A stretch of 64,000 nucleotides of DNA, taken from NCBI RefSeq assembly GCF_037042905.1, contig NC_087252.1, positions 1,798,001 through 1,862,000 on the forward strand, written 5' to 3'. The DNA is from Lytechinus pictus. Its lineage: Eukaryota. A model generated the notes under the pieces. The model was not told the DNA's origin and did not search any database. It was given only the letters and a program-made list of their open reading frames with translations. A program made the translations under genes and the position numbers. Below, piece after piece: positions 1 to 13,228 of this stretch. Each line of letters starts with the position of its first letter. Position 1 is the first letter of the stretch.

Positions 1-151
1 ATTAGACTTTATACATATTATTAACCCACATTAGGTGACCCTATTTCATTAATCATCATATCAAGGTGGTGTGTATATTGTACAATTAAATTAAAACCAA
101 TGGCAAAAAGGCTAAGCTAATGTTAATTTTACACCATCCCAGGAAAACACC

Positions 152-425
152 AGGGCCCCCGTCTCACAAAGAGTTACGATTGATCCGATCAATCGTAACT
201 ATGGATGGCCAGCAACATCAACATCTATTATGCATGTTTGTTCAAAATATTTTCTAGCTATGATGTATATCCATGCATTCATTGTTTTTTTGATAATTCA
301 CTGCGCTTCTCTTTGCATACAAAGGACATTGTGCAAATATTTCGTAGAAAAAATTATGACACTGATGGATTTCCATAGAGTTACAATTGATCAGATCAAT
401 CGTAACTCTATGTAAGACGTGGCCA
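152..425. mobile_element. Harbinger-like hairpin MITE
   Basis: gggcccccgtctcacaaagagttacgattgatc inverted at gatcaatcgtaactctatgtaagacg; similar GGGC-terminal hairpins at about 20460-20598, 43440-43568, 45134-45270 and 56480-56638. Confidence 0.6.
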
Positions 426-623
426 GGTTGAAACAGCACCAGTTTAGAATCAAACCAATGTCATTTTAACACTGACTTTTGTTGTTTAAATACGTGTCTG
501 GTGTTAGCCCAAACCGGTGGTGTTGCATGTTTCTCTGGTGTTTTCCGATATACATGTAGGGCTGGTTTTTGGAGTAAGGTTGGTTGTATTTGAAACAAAC
601 TGATCTTGCATATAAAAAGTTAA

Positions 624-1204
624 AGGAGAATGAAACCCTTGAAACCAGCTGAATCCATATCAAAGAGAAAAATCAAAGAAACATATTGTTGAAAGTTTGA
701 GGAAGATTGAATGAATAATAAGAAAGTTATGAGCATTTGAATGTCGAGATCACTAATGCCAAGTAGATCCTCCCATCGGCAATGCGACCAAGATCTGTGA
801 TGTCACACACGTACAACTCCCTCATTACTTTAGTACTTATTGCACTTATATTCTCACTTTTATAGAGTCTATCACAAGGTGAGGTTTTCTCTTTATGAGA
901 GGACAAGTACAGAGGTTTCACAACATATCATTGATGAATCGTTTGTCATATGATTAGAATGAGCAAAAAGAGATGTTTTGGGGTATATTTTCAGTGTCCA
1001 AAAGGGGAGAGTTGGTCATCTGTGGCATCAATGATCTTGGTCGCATTGCCAATGGGAGGATCTCCATAGCATTAGTGATCTCGACATTGAAATGCTCATA
1101 ACTCTTCTATTGCTAGTCCTATTTCACTCAAACTTTTGTTGATCTTATTCTTTGATTTTTCTGCTTTCACAAAAGCTAACTTGCTCCAAGAGTTTCATTC
1201 TCCT
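624..1204. mobile_element. Kolobok-like MITE
   Basis: TTAA|AGGAGAATGAAAC...GTTTCATTCTCCT|TTAA, long imperfect TIRs; near-identical copy at 5078-5660. Confidence 0.8.
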
Positions 1205-1740
1205 TTAAATAAAACCTTACAAAAGTTTTAAGTTGTAATCCCTTTACCCATTTAAGTCAAACATGTCAATCAATGATGTCCACAGAAATTGGGATTGGGA
1301 ATTTATATTGCAACATTGGAAAAAAAAAGGCATTTTAGATATAAGTACATGTAAGAATGGCATCTAAACGACCAAATAAACTGCATGCAAAATATCAATC
1401 CTACCAAACGAAGAAAAAAAAGAGAGGACAAAATCCTATATACTAATACAAATTTACAAATAAAAGTAGGTGAAGTTGTTCAAATGATGTTAATTTCATC
1501 AGACTGTAAAAAAAAAAGAAGTATGTCCTTCCTTTGAAATCACCCTCGCCCACTTCTTTCATTATTCCTGTGTGTCCGGCCGTGTATATAATACAATCAA
1601 TTCAACTGTAAGGCTACAGTATGACTTAATACACTATACAAAAGTTATAATCAATTGAAAACCCTGTCTTCAAGATACAATTGATTTCAACATCCTGTTA
1701 GAACAGGGCATAGGAATGTAAACAATAGATTTGATGTTAA

Positions 1741-2342
1741 AGGTCAAGTCCACCTCAGAAAAATGTTGATTTGAATCAATAGAGAAAAATCAGACAGCAC
1801 AATGCTGAAAATTTCATCAAAATCGGATGTAAAATAAGAAAGTTATGACATTTCAAAGTTTCGCTTATTTTTAACAAAATAGTTATATGAACGAGCCAGT
1901 TACATCAAAATGAGAGAGTCGATGATGTCACTCACTCACTATTTCTTTTGTTTTTTATTGTTTGAATTATACAATATTTCAATTTTTAGGAATTAGACGA
2001 TTAGGACCTCCTTGCCTGAACCACAAATTGTTAAAATAATGGAATTCCACGTGTTCAGGGAGGAATGAAACTTCATTTCACATGACAACGACGAGAAAAT
2101 AAAAATATTTCATATTTCATGTAATAAAATACAAAAGAAATAGTGAGTGAGTGATGTCATCAGTTCCCTCATTTGCATACTGACAGAGACGTGCATATAA
2201 CTGTTTTGAGAAATGAAGCGAAACTTTAAAATGTCATAACTTTCTTATTTTACATCCGATTTTGATGATTTTTTCAGTGTTATGCTTGTTGAATTTTTCT
2301 CTTTTTATTCAAATAAAGTTTTTGTTGGGGTGGACTTGTCCT
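1741..2342. mobile_element. Kolobok-like MITE, family 2
   Basis: TTAA|AGGTCAAGTCCAC...GTGGACTTGTCCT|TTAA; relatives at 46619-47621 and 62064-62275. Confidence 0.8.
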
Positions 2343-5077
2343 TTAAATTTTGATGAAAGTCAGCTAAAATAATAATTGGAGACAAAGTGTTATTTTACTC
2401 TTCTCTACCATGTATTTTAATGTTAAGTGCTCCTTTAAGAAATTGCACCAAGCCACTATAGGCAGAAAAATATCCCCAACTAACATTCTATTAAATGGCT
2501 TTTACAAATGAATATTTCTTCATCATTTGATTGTCAGAAGGGTGTTTAAAGTGCAATGTAAAAATATTTCTTGGTGACATCTCTTTAGTGGAAATTAACA
2601 TACATTGTACATTACAGGAATCACATACATTTATGTGTATAACATCTACACGTACATGAAAAACATTGTTTTGAAACATCATGGCCTGAATTCACATGTG
2701 GATTTGAATGTACAGTGTATGGTCTGAAATCACAGTACACATTTCATTCATAAAATGAATTGATTTACACTGTAAAAATACATTTGCAAGCACATATGTT
2801 TGTCTTAAGGCTCAAATTCAGGTAGTTTGTTTATTATGTACATACATGTATGTTATGAGTTGTGAAGTGTTCTGTTTAAGTATTTATGCAAATTAATAAT
2901 GATCATTAACAATGGTGTGAAGTTAGCAGCATTGCGCCTGTATTGGCATCTTTCTCGATTACATGTATCTTGTATGTACATGTACAATGTCACAAATTAG
3001 CATAATTAATGCATGAAATCTGTATAGCAGGGATTCAGTTTCAAGGTGAGCGAGAGCGATCACTATAGCTACCGCTCGCTTTAATCCATTTCAGGTAGAG
3101 ATTTATCACCCGATCGCTTTAAGTGTCAGTCAATTATCAAAATGTTAGAGCCAACCTTGAAATCCTCATTCTCAGTCAGATAGGAACACACAATTACATT
3201 GTAAGCAATAACAGACATACATGTAGCAAGAATGACAATAAATTCATTGACATAAATATTGCATACATGTATATCTGATTGTGTCTCCTTTGGTTGTGGG
3301 TTGTAACTTAGTGTATGTTCCTCCATCTATTTTGTAATCAGACAAAAGAGCTCCCTTTGTACAAGTACATGTATGTCAAAGAAGAGCTTTTTGTAGTGCT
3401 CCCCTACTGCTCCCCTTAAGTTTTAGGAGAGCTTTTCATTGCTCCCAAAAACTGAGTCACTGGTATATACTAGTAAACTTTGGGTTCAGACAATGGATTA
3501 AAACCCATGTAAATTTGAGCCAATAATGTTGGAAGACAGAACAAAACAAGGCAAAAGTTGTTATTGATACAAGAGGCACATATGATTGTTAATAAGATAC
3601 AGTATGTGGCAAATGAAAGTACATTATGTCATGTAACCATATGTTTACAATCTATATTGAATTTGTACCATACAAGTATGATTGTTCACTTTAATAAATA
3701 GGAACCTTGTGTGAAGAAGTAGAAGTAATACCTTTCAAAATCAATAACTTACACTGTACATGTACATGTAGTACCCCAAAATTGACTAAAGGGTTGTTCG
3801 AGCTCATTCCATAACTGATACAAGCATTTCCCCACCTGGTTTAATGGCAATATTCTACCATTTTTTTTTGAGCTTGTAAAAAATAACCTGAAATTGCAAA
3901 TATAAGGGTTGAATGAAAAACACTGCCAAAATGGGGTGGCATTCCTACTTTGGAGAACAATACACATTTCAATATACTTGTAAATGTACGTGTCCATCTA
4001 GAGTGCTAACATTGGGTAATACATGCATACATTTATCTAATCATAACTAATGTAAAGCATACATAAAAAAAATAGACGAAAAATAAGATAAATACATGAA
4101 CCATATAAGTTTAATACATGTACATTGTATGCAAGAACAGACATACATGTGTAATTTGTTCAAAAATCAAAATGACGTAACTTGCATCCGATGCATTGCT
4201 AATTTTGTAAAATATGAGGAAAAGGCACATTGTCAATTCTTACATGAATGTAGTTAAATGCAGATCTTTTACATGTTAGGTGCAAGAATCTTCAAAATGA
4301 AAGGAGGCAGTGTTGTATGAAGAAGAAGAATTTGCACGCAATAGGAAGAGAGAAATAGGACAAGAAAATTAGAGCCTGGATCTTAAAATGTCAAAATAAT
4401 AATCAGGGTTCATTTTAAGCTCTCTAAAGCCTATATATTTTATCCCTGGACAATAAAAATATATATACAAATTATTATTTCTATTTTTAAAAATAGATAT
4501 TTCTTAAATTCTGCAGCAGATTCATATTTTTTTAATTTTTAGCTTTCAGTTTTCATATATAGAAATAACCATATCTTATTAAACAAAACCAGAGGCTTTG
4601 ATTAAAAATCCAATGAAAAAAGGCAAGGATTTACAACTATTCATAATCTCTTGCCAAACACTTGACAAAACTTGTGTTGATATCAGTTAAATGCATGTTG
4701 GCACGACAATGAAATGTTATTTTCTACTCCTCTTCCATATTGGTCTACATGTACAGTATTTCTTTTTTTTTGGCACCTGTGTTAATTGCATTAGTTAAAA
4801 TGCTTCAGTAAGAGTTAAGACAGGTCTACAATAATGCCCATATTTCATTTTAGTGTTCATGATCATCATTGCTACCATCCATAGTGACAGTATCACGTCT
4901 TAAAAAAAAACGTACAACCTACATACAGAGAGCAGGGTATATCTTAAGTCTAAGAGTTGATTCAAATCAATCATAACTATGGAAAGCCAATTGATTTACT
5001 ATCGAAACGTCTCCCTTTGTAAATAAAAGGTGTCTGCCTATTGGTCAAATACATGATGGATGTGTGAGAGAGTTTAA

Positions 5078-5660
5078 AGGAGAATGAAACCCTTGAAACC
5101 AGCTGAATCCATATCAAAGAGAAAAATCAAAGAAACATATTGTTGAAAGTTTGAGGAAGATTGAATGAATAATAAGAAAGTTATGAGCATTCGAATATTG
5201 AGATCACTAGTGCCATGTAGATCCTCCCAACGGCAATGCGACCAAGATCTGTGATATCACACACGTACAACTCCCTCATTACTTTAGTACTTATTTCACT
5301 TATATTCTCACTTTTATAGAGTCTATCACAAGGTGAGGTGTTCTCTTTATGAGATGACAAGTACAGAGGTTTCACAACATTATATCATTGATGAATCGTT
5401 TGTCATATGATTAGAATGAGCAAAAAGAGATGTTTTGGGGTATATTTTCAGTGTCCAAATGGGAGAGTTGTACGTGTGTGACATCACAGATCTTGGTCGC
5501 ATTGCCAATGGGAGGATCTCCATAGCATTAGTGATCTCGACATTCAAATGCTCATAACTCTTTTATTGCTAGTCCTATTTTTCTCAAAGTTTTGTTGATC
5601 TTATTATTTGATTTTTCTGCTTTCACAAAAGCTAACTTGCTCCAAGAGTTTCATTCTCCT
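5078..5660. mobile_element. Kolobok-like MITE, same family as 624-1204
   Basis: Same termini, TTAA TSD and internal sequence; degenerate half copy near 46170-46376. Confidence 0.8.
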
Positions 5661-5997
5661 TTAAGGAAAAGGCCCCTCTTGTGCCAAGCCAGGAAGAAAT
5701 CATGGAGCTCAATGGATAGTGCCATCAACTTTAACGAGTGCATCATTTCAAAATTTAAGCACTACATTGTAGTGATAATACACTTGAACATTTGGATTTG
5801 AAATTATTAATTAATGCTTTCCATATTTCAGATTTGAATTCAATATTCACTCAAAATCGTTCAGAATACGCATAGAAATGCTTGGCAACAGTTATAGCGA
5901 TTCATCTCAAACAACCTGAAAACCATGGAAAAATTTGCTCAACTTTAATAGTCCAACCTTATCCAATAGGGTATTTGTGAAACAGGCCCCCCAAAGT

Positions 5998-6209
5998 CTA
6001 GCCAAGTAGAACTTTCTTGAGCGTGTTTCGTGGAACCTGTACCTCCTCCTCTGAGTCTGGATCTTCACTGCTGCTGTATGACTCTGAGCTGCTCCTACCG
6101 CTGGGAGGTGAGCATTCAGGGGAGCACAGGTACTGCATCAGAGGAAGACGATACTTGCCACAGAAGTCCACAAATTTGACATGCTGGAAGCGGGCATTGA
6201 AATAAACAC
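5998..6209 (-). CDS. LRRC58: LRRC58 terminal coding exon (Cys-rich C-terminus)
   Basis: Acceptor ctgcag|GT, phase-compatible with exon 2. Encodes GVYFNARFQHVKFVDFCGKYRLPLMQYLCSPECS...LKKVLLG*, the characteristic LRRC58 C-terminus. Not shown in this frame in the ORF track. Confidence 0.95.
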
Positions 6210-6618
6210 CTGCAGATGTGAGAAGAATAAATTATAACATAATCAAAATTTAAACCTAAATTAGTAAAATTTAGTTCATGACACATCCATGACTCTAACA
6301 AAGATTCAGTCATAAAATGTTCTTTGTACACTTTCTGAGAGTGGTTTGAAATTACCAAGATTTGCTGAAATTCACTTTAGAAACCTCCAAGGCACAACTG
6401 AATTTTATTGCACTTCAAGTCTTCAACCAGGGGCCAACTCCATGGGTCTAAGTCATGTAGCGGTGTGTTGAGGAATAACCGTGTGACACTCACTAATAGG
6501 AACAAAAGATTATTACTGATCCCTGCAGCAATATACACTTTACAATACAGGCCATTTTTCTTCTTCCATTCTTTTTTTTGTTAAGTTCTTACGATCTTCA
6601 ATTTTCATCACCCAATAA

Positions 6619-7209
6619 AGGGCTGGTCCCGGCTGAGATATTCATATCTCAACAAATAGATTAAAATTCGCAGAGCAAAATGCTGAAAATTTGATCAAAA
6701 TCGGATCACAAATAATAAAGTTATTGAATTTTAAAGATTTGCATTATTCCGGCGAAACAGTTTTAGGCATGTCTTCATGAATATTCATTAGATGACGTCA
6801 TATCCCCACTTTTTTTTTGTATTTTATAATATGAAATTAGGTTTATTCAAAAATTTTCTACCAAGAAATAAAACAATTGGATTGACAACTGATTAAGTGC
6901 ATTAGTTATTTATTGCCGCAACTTATTTACCGGTAATCATAATGGAGACACATCATTTACACATATGTATGAAAAATTGAATCAATTATGATTTCATGTA
7001 ATAACATAAACAGGAAAGTGGGGATATGACATCATCAGCCCACTTAATGAATATTCATGAAGATGTGCATATACGGTAAGTTACTGTTTTAACAAAATAT
7101 TGATAAACTTTCAAATTCTATAACTGTTATTTGTTGTCTGATTTTGATAAAATTTTCAGCATTTTACTCTATTTATTTAGGTATAAATATTTTCAGCCCG
7201 GACCATCCT
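6619..7209. mobile_element. Kolobok-like MITE, family 3 (LRRC58 intron)
   Basis: AGGGCTGGTCCCGGCTGA...TCAGCCCGGACCATCCT; homologous to 45480-46110 and 61400-61976. Confidence 0.72.
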
Positions 7210-8147
7210 TGAAAAGAATGAAGGTGGGGGAAAGGGCGGGGGGGGGGGGGGGGGGGAGAAGTCACTCACTCTTCCCAAAGCGCTGTCCATGCTTTAAAAA
7301 TATAACAAAAGTAAACCAAGGCAAGAGCACTTTGTCACCAATTTCCTCAAGCTAAGCGGCTTTTAAATTCTGATTAAAAGGCATTCTATCACGATAAACA
7401 GAGGTCACTGATAACAATGTCATACAACTAATGTAGGCTGAACAAACTAATTATCAGCAAGGCTGTTTGTTTTTGGAAATAAGCAAAGTTCATTCAGTAT
7501 GTAATCATGAAGGTCAATCATTTCAGGACAAGGATATGAACTCTGCAGAATGCAGCTGCTATAACAAATTACACTTTGGAACACAAGTATTATCAAGTGC
7601 ATACATGTATATTCATAGAGATTTGCATGTGGTAACATCAGACGGATATTGACCTTCGGCTAAAAGTGACCTTGTGATTGCACATACAGTCAAAGCTGTA
7701 TCAATGACATCCTGGAAATCTTGTATTCTTGTTCTATTTTCTTGTATATTCCAATTGAATTTCTCAATCAAGTCTTTTCTGGCAAAATGAAGAACAATCT
7801 GATAAATATCAGGCCTAAGAAATAAAAATAAACAAGAAAATAAAATATCTTGGCCTGAAATAAATAAATAAAAAACACAATAAAGGGACAAAAAATATGA
7901 CAACTAAGTGTTGGAATTAGGATCTGCCAATGGTAAATGCACAATTTGCCTTTCTCCACCCAGGTGTACATACCAGGTTAAGATGTGAAAGCCTATGTAG
8001 TATGCCTACTATTGCCTAGCAATCAAACAAGTTTGTATTACATGTACTCCCTAGGGAGTGGAAAAGTGTGTGTATTGGTGTGTGGGCAAGCCAGCATCTG
8101 ATAAATATTGAAAATAGTAATTAATGACATAAATTGTTCCATTGTTC

Positions 8148-8427
8148 GGAAGTATGTGGCCCAGTGGATTAGTCTTCGGACTTTGAAACAGAGGGTCATG
8201 GGTTCGAATCCCAGCCATGGCGTAATTTCCTTCAGCAAGAAACTGATCCACAGTGTGCTGCACTCAACCCAGGTGAGGTAAATGGGTACCGGTAGGAAGT
8301 AATTCCTTAAAAAGCTGTGTGCGCTATGAACGCCTAGCTTAGCCGGGTAATATAGGAGCGCCTTGAGCACCTAACAAGGTGGATATGTGCGCAATATAAA
8401 TACCCTATATTATTATTATTATTATTA
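8148..8427 (+). mobile_element. tRNA-derived SINE
   Basis: A-box tggcccagtgg, B-box ggttcgaatcc, core cactcaacccaggtg...aaatgggtacc, (TAT)n tail. Confidence 0.85.
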
Positions 8428-8538
8428 AACAAAGGGGAATCATTATCTTTTTAAATCAAACCAGTGTAGGCCTATACATGTAAGTGTTTAAACCTAAACT
8501 TAATAAGTTTTAACCTTTCAGACAATTACGTATCTCAC

Positions 8539-8945
8539 CATTGCATTTTGGATTCAGGCAATGTCTAGCTGAATCCAAGAACCTCATAAGCTCTCCAGGC
8601 AAATCTTCTTTGGTATAGTGAACATGATTGTTTTTCACGCATCGTGCTGCTAACTCTAGGAGGGTTGGTGGGTTCCACGTCAGGTCACGAACAAAGCGAA
8701 CGACCAATGGGTTACCTCTTAAACTCAGCTCACAGAGCTCAGTCAATGTGATGATCTCTGGCGGCAGGATGGTTAGTTGGTTGTTATGTAGGCTCAGTGA
8801 TCGAAGCTGCTTAAGCTGGACCAGCTCAGCCGGGAGGGAAGTTACACGATTGTCGCACAGCACTAAGGAGAGTAGGTTTGGAAGATGACCAACATTTGGC
8901 GGGAGAGTGACAAGATGGTTACCACCCAAATAAAGATGTTGTAAT
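8539..8945 (-). CDS. LRRC58: LRRC58 coding exon 2 (LRRs plus BC-box-like PPTLLELAARCV)
   Basis: Acceptor tttacag|A, donor AATG|GTGAG. LSLRGNPLVVRFVRDLTWNPPTLLELAAR and CLNPKC match vertebrate LRRC58 as I recall it. Confidence 0.95.
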
Positions 8946-9767
8946 CTGTAAATGAGGCCAAAAAATACAATTTATGACACAGAGTCACAACTTATTTGAA
9001 CTTAGACTTAGAAAGACAGAATTTACTTTTCCGTAGATAAACCTGGAAACTTGGCTGCAGAAAATCTGCATTTTCCATTAGGATCTACATGTAGCCTAGC
9101 CTACAACCGGGTAGCCAAGTCTAGGCATCTCAAAATCTTAGATCCAGCAATAAAATCAAACAATCTTTTTTTCTCTGCAACATATCTGGCAAGTTCCCCC
9201 AAGTCTGCGCAGTCCCCTTTTCCTTGCCTACGCACACGCGTATCTGCGCGATTCTAGTATAAAGAAGATATACCAAACACAAACTTTACACATGCAATAC
9301 ATAGTCATACTCATAGACAGATATTCATTAAAAAACCTGACTCAAAATGGTGGAAAAATAATGTATTTTGGGCATTTCATGTAATGGCCTCAAATTGCAG
9401 CCTTTCTCATCAAAATCCCTGAATCGCATGCAAAGTGAACGGGTGTGCAGACATGGGGCACCATTTTTTGTTCAATCTGAATATGACTGCCCGAGGTTTT
9501 TTCCAAGAAAGTGATATTTCCTTCAATTTTTTTAATAGATATTTGGCACACTTACTTACAATAATATCAGGAACATTATGATTATCAACTGAAAGATTTT
9601 GTGAAATAAGAAAAATTCAACTCAAATTGCTTAATCGTTACGTAAAGGAGCCTCCTTTAAGAAGTCTGAGGCTCCTTTTCTATAAATCTAATATAGGCCT
9701 ACCATACCCCTGTCCCTGAAATAAACTGTTCAAATTAAATTAATGAAATTTGTTAGGTCTACCTCAC

Positions 9768-10258
9768 CTGGATAACCTTTCAACTTCTGGTGGAATTTCT
9801 CTTATTCTGTTCCCGCCCATGTGAAGGACCCGTAGAGAAGTAATTTCAGTCAACTGTACAGGAAAATTAAGGAATAAATTGCCACTAAAATTGAGAGTCT
9901 GTAATGCTTTGCATGTTCCAAATTCCTTTGGTAAAGAGTCACTATTCAAATGATTGTTTTTGCACGTTAGAATCCGCAAATGTGTCAGTTGTATCAACTC
10001 GTCTGGCAGTTTCGTTATTCTGTTTGTGCTCAAATCCAGCTCGATAATGTTCAAAAAGTTATTTATACTTGCAGGAATCGTGGATATATTGTTCCTACTG
10101 ATGTCAATAATTGCTAATCTCTCTTTGTGTTCGATTAAATCGTCAAAAGGAAAAACATCGATGCCTTTTCGGGAATACATTGCGACTCTTTGATTGTTGT
10201 TCGACTCGGTTCGCGACATGTCAGCGTCGGTTCGTCTCGATCGAGGTTTTCTTCGCAT
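9768..10258 (-). CDS. LRRC58: LRRC58 coding exon 1 (LRR repeats); start at ATG 10258, alternative ATG 10219
   Basis: LRR motifs (IDISRNNISTIP, LDLSTNRITKLP, LNFSGNLF, LHMGGNRIREIP); ends CCAG|GTGAG, phase 2. The ORF-track start at 10282 is a TTG. Confidence 0.88.
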
Positions 10259-11080
10259 CCCACGCCTTGTCCTTCGGCTCAAACAAACTCAAGCACGCGC
10301 TAGCCCTCCGACTCCGAGCAGCCGAACTTGATGACAGACTCTTGTTGAAGTTGTGAGAAAATCCATGTTCAAAATTTGTGCAGGAAGACGAACAACAATT
10401 TCTCAAAATCGAATAGAGTACCAGGTATGATGAATTTCACCAATAATATATAACAAATTGCTCCGAAAAGTTGATATTTAACAAGGACATGAAGGAGATG
10501 GTGGACCACGGCTGATGAGACGAACCGAACATGGGCAACAATAATGAGCTAGTCTATGAATCAGCTTGTAATTATCGGTAGCTGATTTCCGTTCTTTCAA
10601 ATGAAAGACATTCCTAATTTCAAAATGAAATTATTTTTGTTTCGAATAAAAAATACAGTCAAAACAATATTATGACTCTCAATATGTATTCAGAGACCGC
10701 ATATGCCTGTAAAACATCCCTTAGAATATGCGCTACATTTAGTTTTGTGAACACCGCATCGATTTTTAAGACTACTAGAACACGGTCACTTACGAAATCA
10801 CTCCCTCGAAGCATGATCACGTAACGATGACGTCATGAAAGATGACGAAGCAAGAAAATGGGTCAAATTTCATCATTGAGGATTAACTTTAATCTCGAGA
10901 CATTGGACACTAAGTACTGATCTTAGCTTAATTTTGACTATAACTATGAATGAATCAGCGGAGCCCCCCCCCAAAAAAAAAAAAAATGAGCCGGACCAGT
11001 TAAAGAGATCAGTAAATCCGAATCCAAAACGATCGAGGCAATTGCCGGGCAATTGTGGGGGCCAACAATTATGATCTATA

Positions 11081-12459
11081 CAGTGCGTATCAAAAAAAAC
11101 GGGACAGATTTGAAAAGTCTATAAAATTTTTGTTTCAAATTATTATGTCTATATTTTGGTGTTAATAGGTGCTCTAAGGTCTTGTCTTTCAAATGTTATT
11201 AAAATTTTTTAGTTTTGTTCATGCTTGAGCGAACACGGGACGTTTTTGTTGGGGGTTCAAAAAGAGGCTTGCGCCAGAATTGCAGAATATGAGTAATATG
11301 ATGATCAGACTTCTTGCTAATTTGCAGACTTCCTCTTAACCTTTTCATTATCTTTGCCATAATTTTCAAATCATGCGGTCAAAATTCATTATCAGATCTA
11401 TTTATTTGCTTGAATTATTCTGTTATTTCTTTTTAATATACTCTCTGTTAGCTTTGAATATTCCTTCTTCAAGCTAAAATTATTTTTTTTCAACCTAATT
11501 ATGGGAGAGCATGGATTTTTAATTCAAATCCTTTCATTATGTGCTACAAAGGTTATGGTGCCTTTTGAACAAAGCCACACAGATGGGCGGGCGCTCGGGT
11601 TGCTCCCCCCCCCCCCCTCAATTAAAAAAAATCATGACCAAGAAAAAAAGTGGACAGGAAATAAAAGGAAAGATAGAAAGTAAAATATGATATTATTTTC
11701 TAAATATTATGTCAAAATCTATCACAAAATTTGATATTGTAATTAAAAAAAGTGGGAATATTTGCGTGCTCACTTCGCTCGCTCACAACTTTTTAATACA
11801 TTTTACCCGATCTGCCATATCTAGCTCCTTCAAAATTGACTCAATACACCATTGTCATTGAAAGACATGAATCCCTTCCTGTGTTTCCTGTCAAGCAATT
11901 AAACTTGGTCAAGGAATTAATGACCCATTGAAAAATAGATTCATGTCTTTTAAAGGTACATAACATAATTTGTTTCACATAAAAAACGATTTGAATAATC
12001 ACAAGTTTTCCCAATTAATAATTCAAATCTTCTTGCTTGGGTTGACAAAAAAAAATCTTCTTTTCTCAGCTACTTATGAAGGAAAATTAAAAGGTAAGAG
12101 AAGTTTAAATGAAAAAACAAAATAATTCAATTAAATAAATAACTTAGTAAATGAAATTTGACAGCATAATTCGAAAATTATGGCACAGATAATGAAAAGG
12201 TCAAGAGGAAGTCTCCTGATTAGCAAGAAGTCTGATCATTGTATTACACATATTCTGCAATTCTGGCGCAAGCCTCTTTTTGAACCCCCAACAAAAACGC
12301 CCCGTGTTCGCTCAAGCATGAATAAAATTTATTTTTTTAAATTGCATTTCAAAGATAAGACCTTAGAGCATCTATTAACACCAAAATATAGACAACATTA
12401 TTTGAAACAATTTTTTTTTAGACTTTTCAAATCTGTCCCGTTTTTTTTGATACGCACTG
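11081..12459. mobile_element. Tc1/mariner-like non-autonomous element
   Basis: TA|CAGTGCGTATCAAAAAAAACGGGACAG...CTGTCCCGTTTTTTTTGATACGCACTG|TA; TIRs about 280 bp. Confidence 0.85.
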
Positions 12460-12761
12460 TATAGGGCCTATGTTTCGAGAGGATAACGCGGGGGATATAT
12501 GTTATAGGATTTTATCTTGAATTTCAAATGGATGCAGAATCCAGTGTGTTATTAGCTTCTATGATAATATTACATCCTTGTCACGATTTGAATTCGTGCA
12601 TACTAGGGTCACTAGGCTTAATTCGTGCTTTTTTCCTGAGGAAATTTAACCTGATGCCACTGTCTGAGGAAATTCCCGGGGTTTCCTCTATAAAACTCAA
12701 GATCAACATATGGTATAGCTATAGGGCCTCATGCAGGTGAATCACGAGTCATTATCGTATG

Positions 12762-13228
12762 CCCGGGGGGGGGGGGGGGGGCAGTCAAATATATTGCTGT
12801 ACACACGCGTGACCATAAAAAAACGCGTTTAAAAGGGGTGTTTTTTCAGTTTTGGACGCGGTCCACGCGTGGACTCGTTAAGGGTATCAAAAACATTGAT
12901 TTTCAAGAAAAAGGGTGGTTTTGAAAGACTGCAATCGCGGGGTCAAACGTATTTAGGGTATGTACGTCTTTTTCCCCAAAGCTTTTTTTTTTAAAGACTA
13001 GCCAAACGTGTTTAGGGTATGTTTTTTTTCCAAGCTTTTTTCCCCCGAGGTCATATTTTGGCGACATCTTGTTTAGGGGCCAAAATGTGTAAATAAAGCC
13101 CGCGAAAAACTTGTTGAGGGGGTTATTTTGCACACAGAGAAAAACTCGTTTAGGGGGTGTTAATTGGAATTTTCTTGGTCACGCGAGTGTGTACAGCAAT
13201 ATATTTGACTGGCCCCCCCCCCCCCGGG
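12762..13228. mobile_element. MITE with CCCGGGGG(G)n termini
   Basis: TIR cccg(g)n-cagtcaaatatattgctgtacacac / gtgtgtacagcaatatatttgactg-(c)nggg; superfamily not assigned. Confidence 0.75.
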
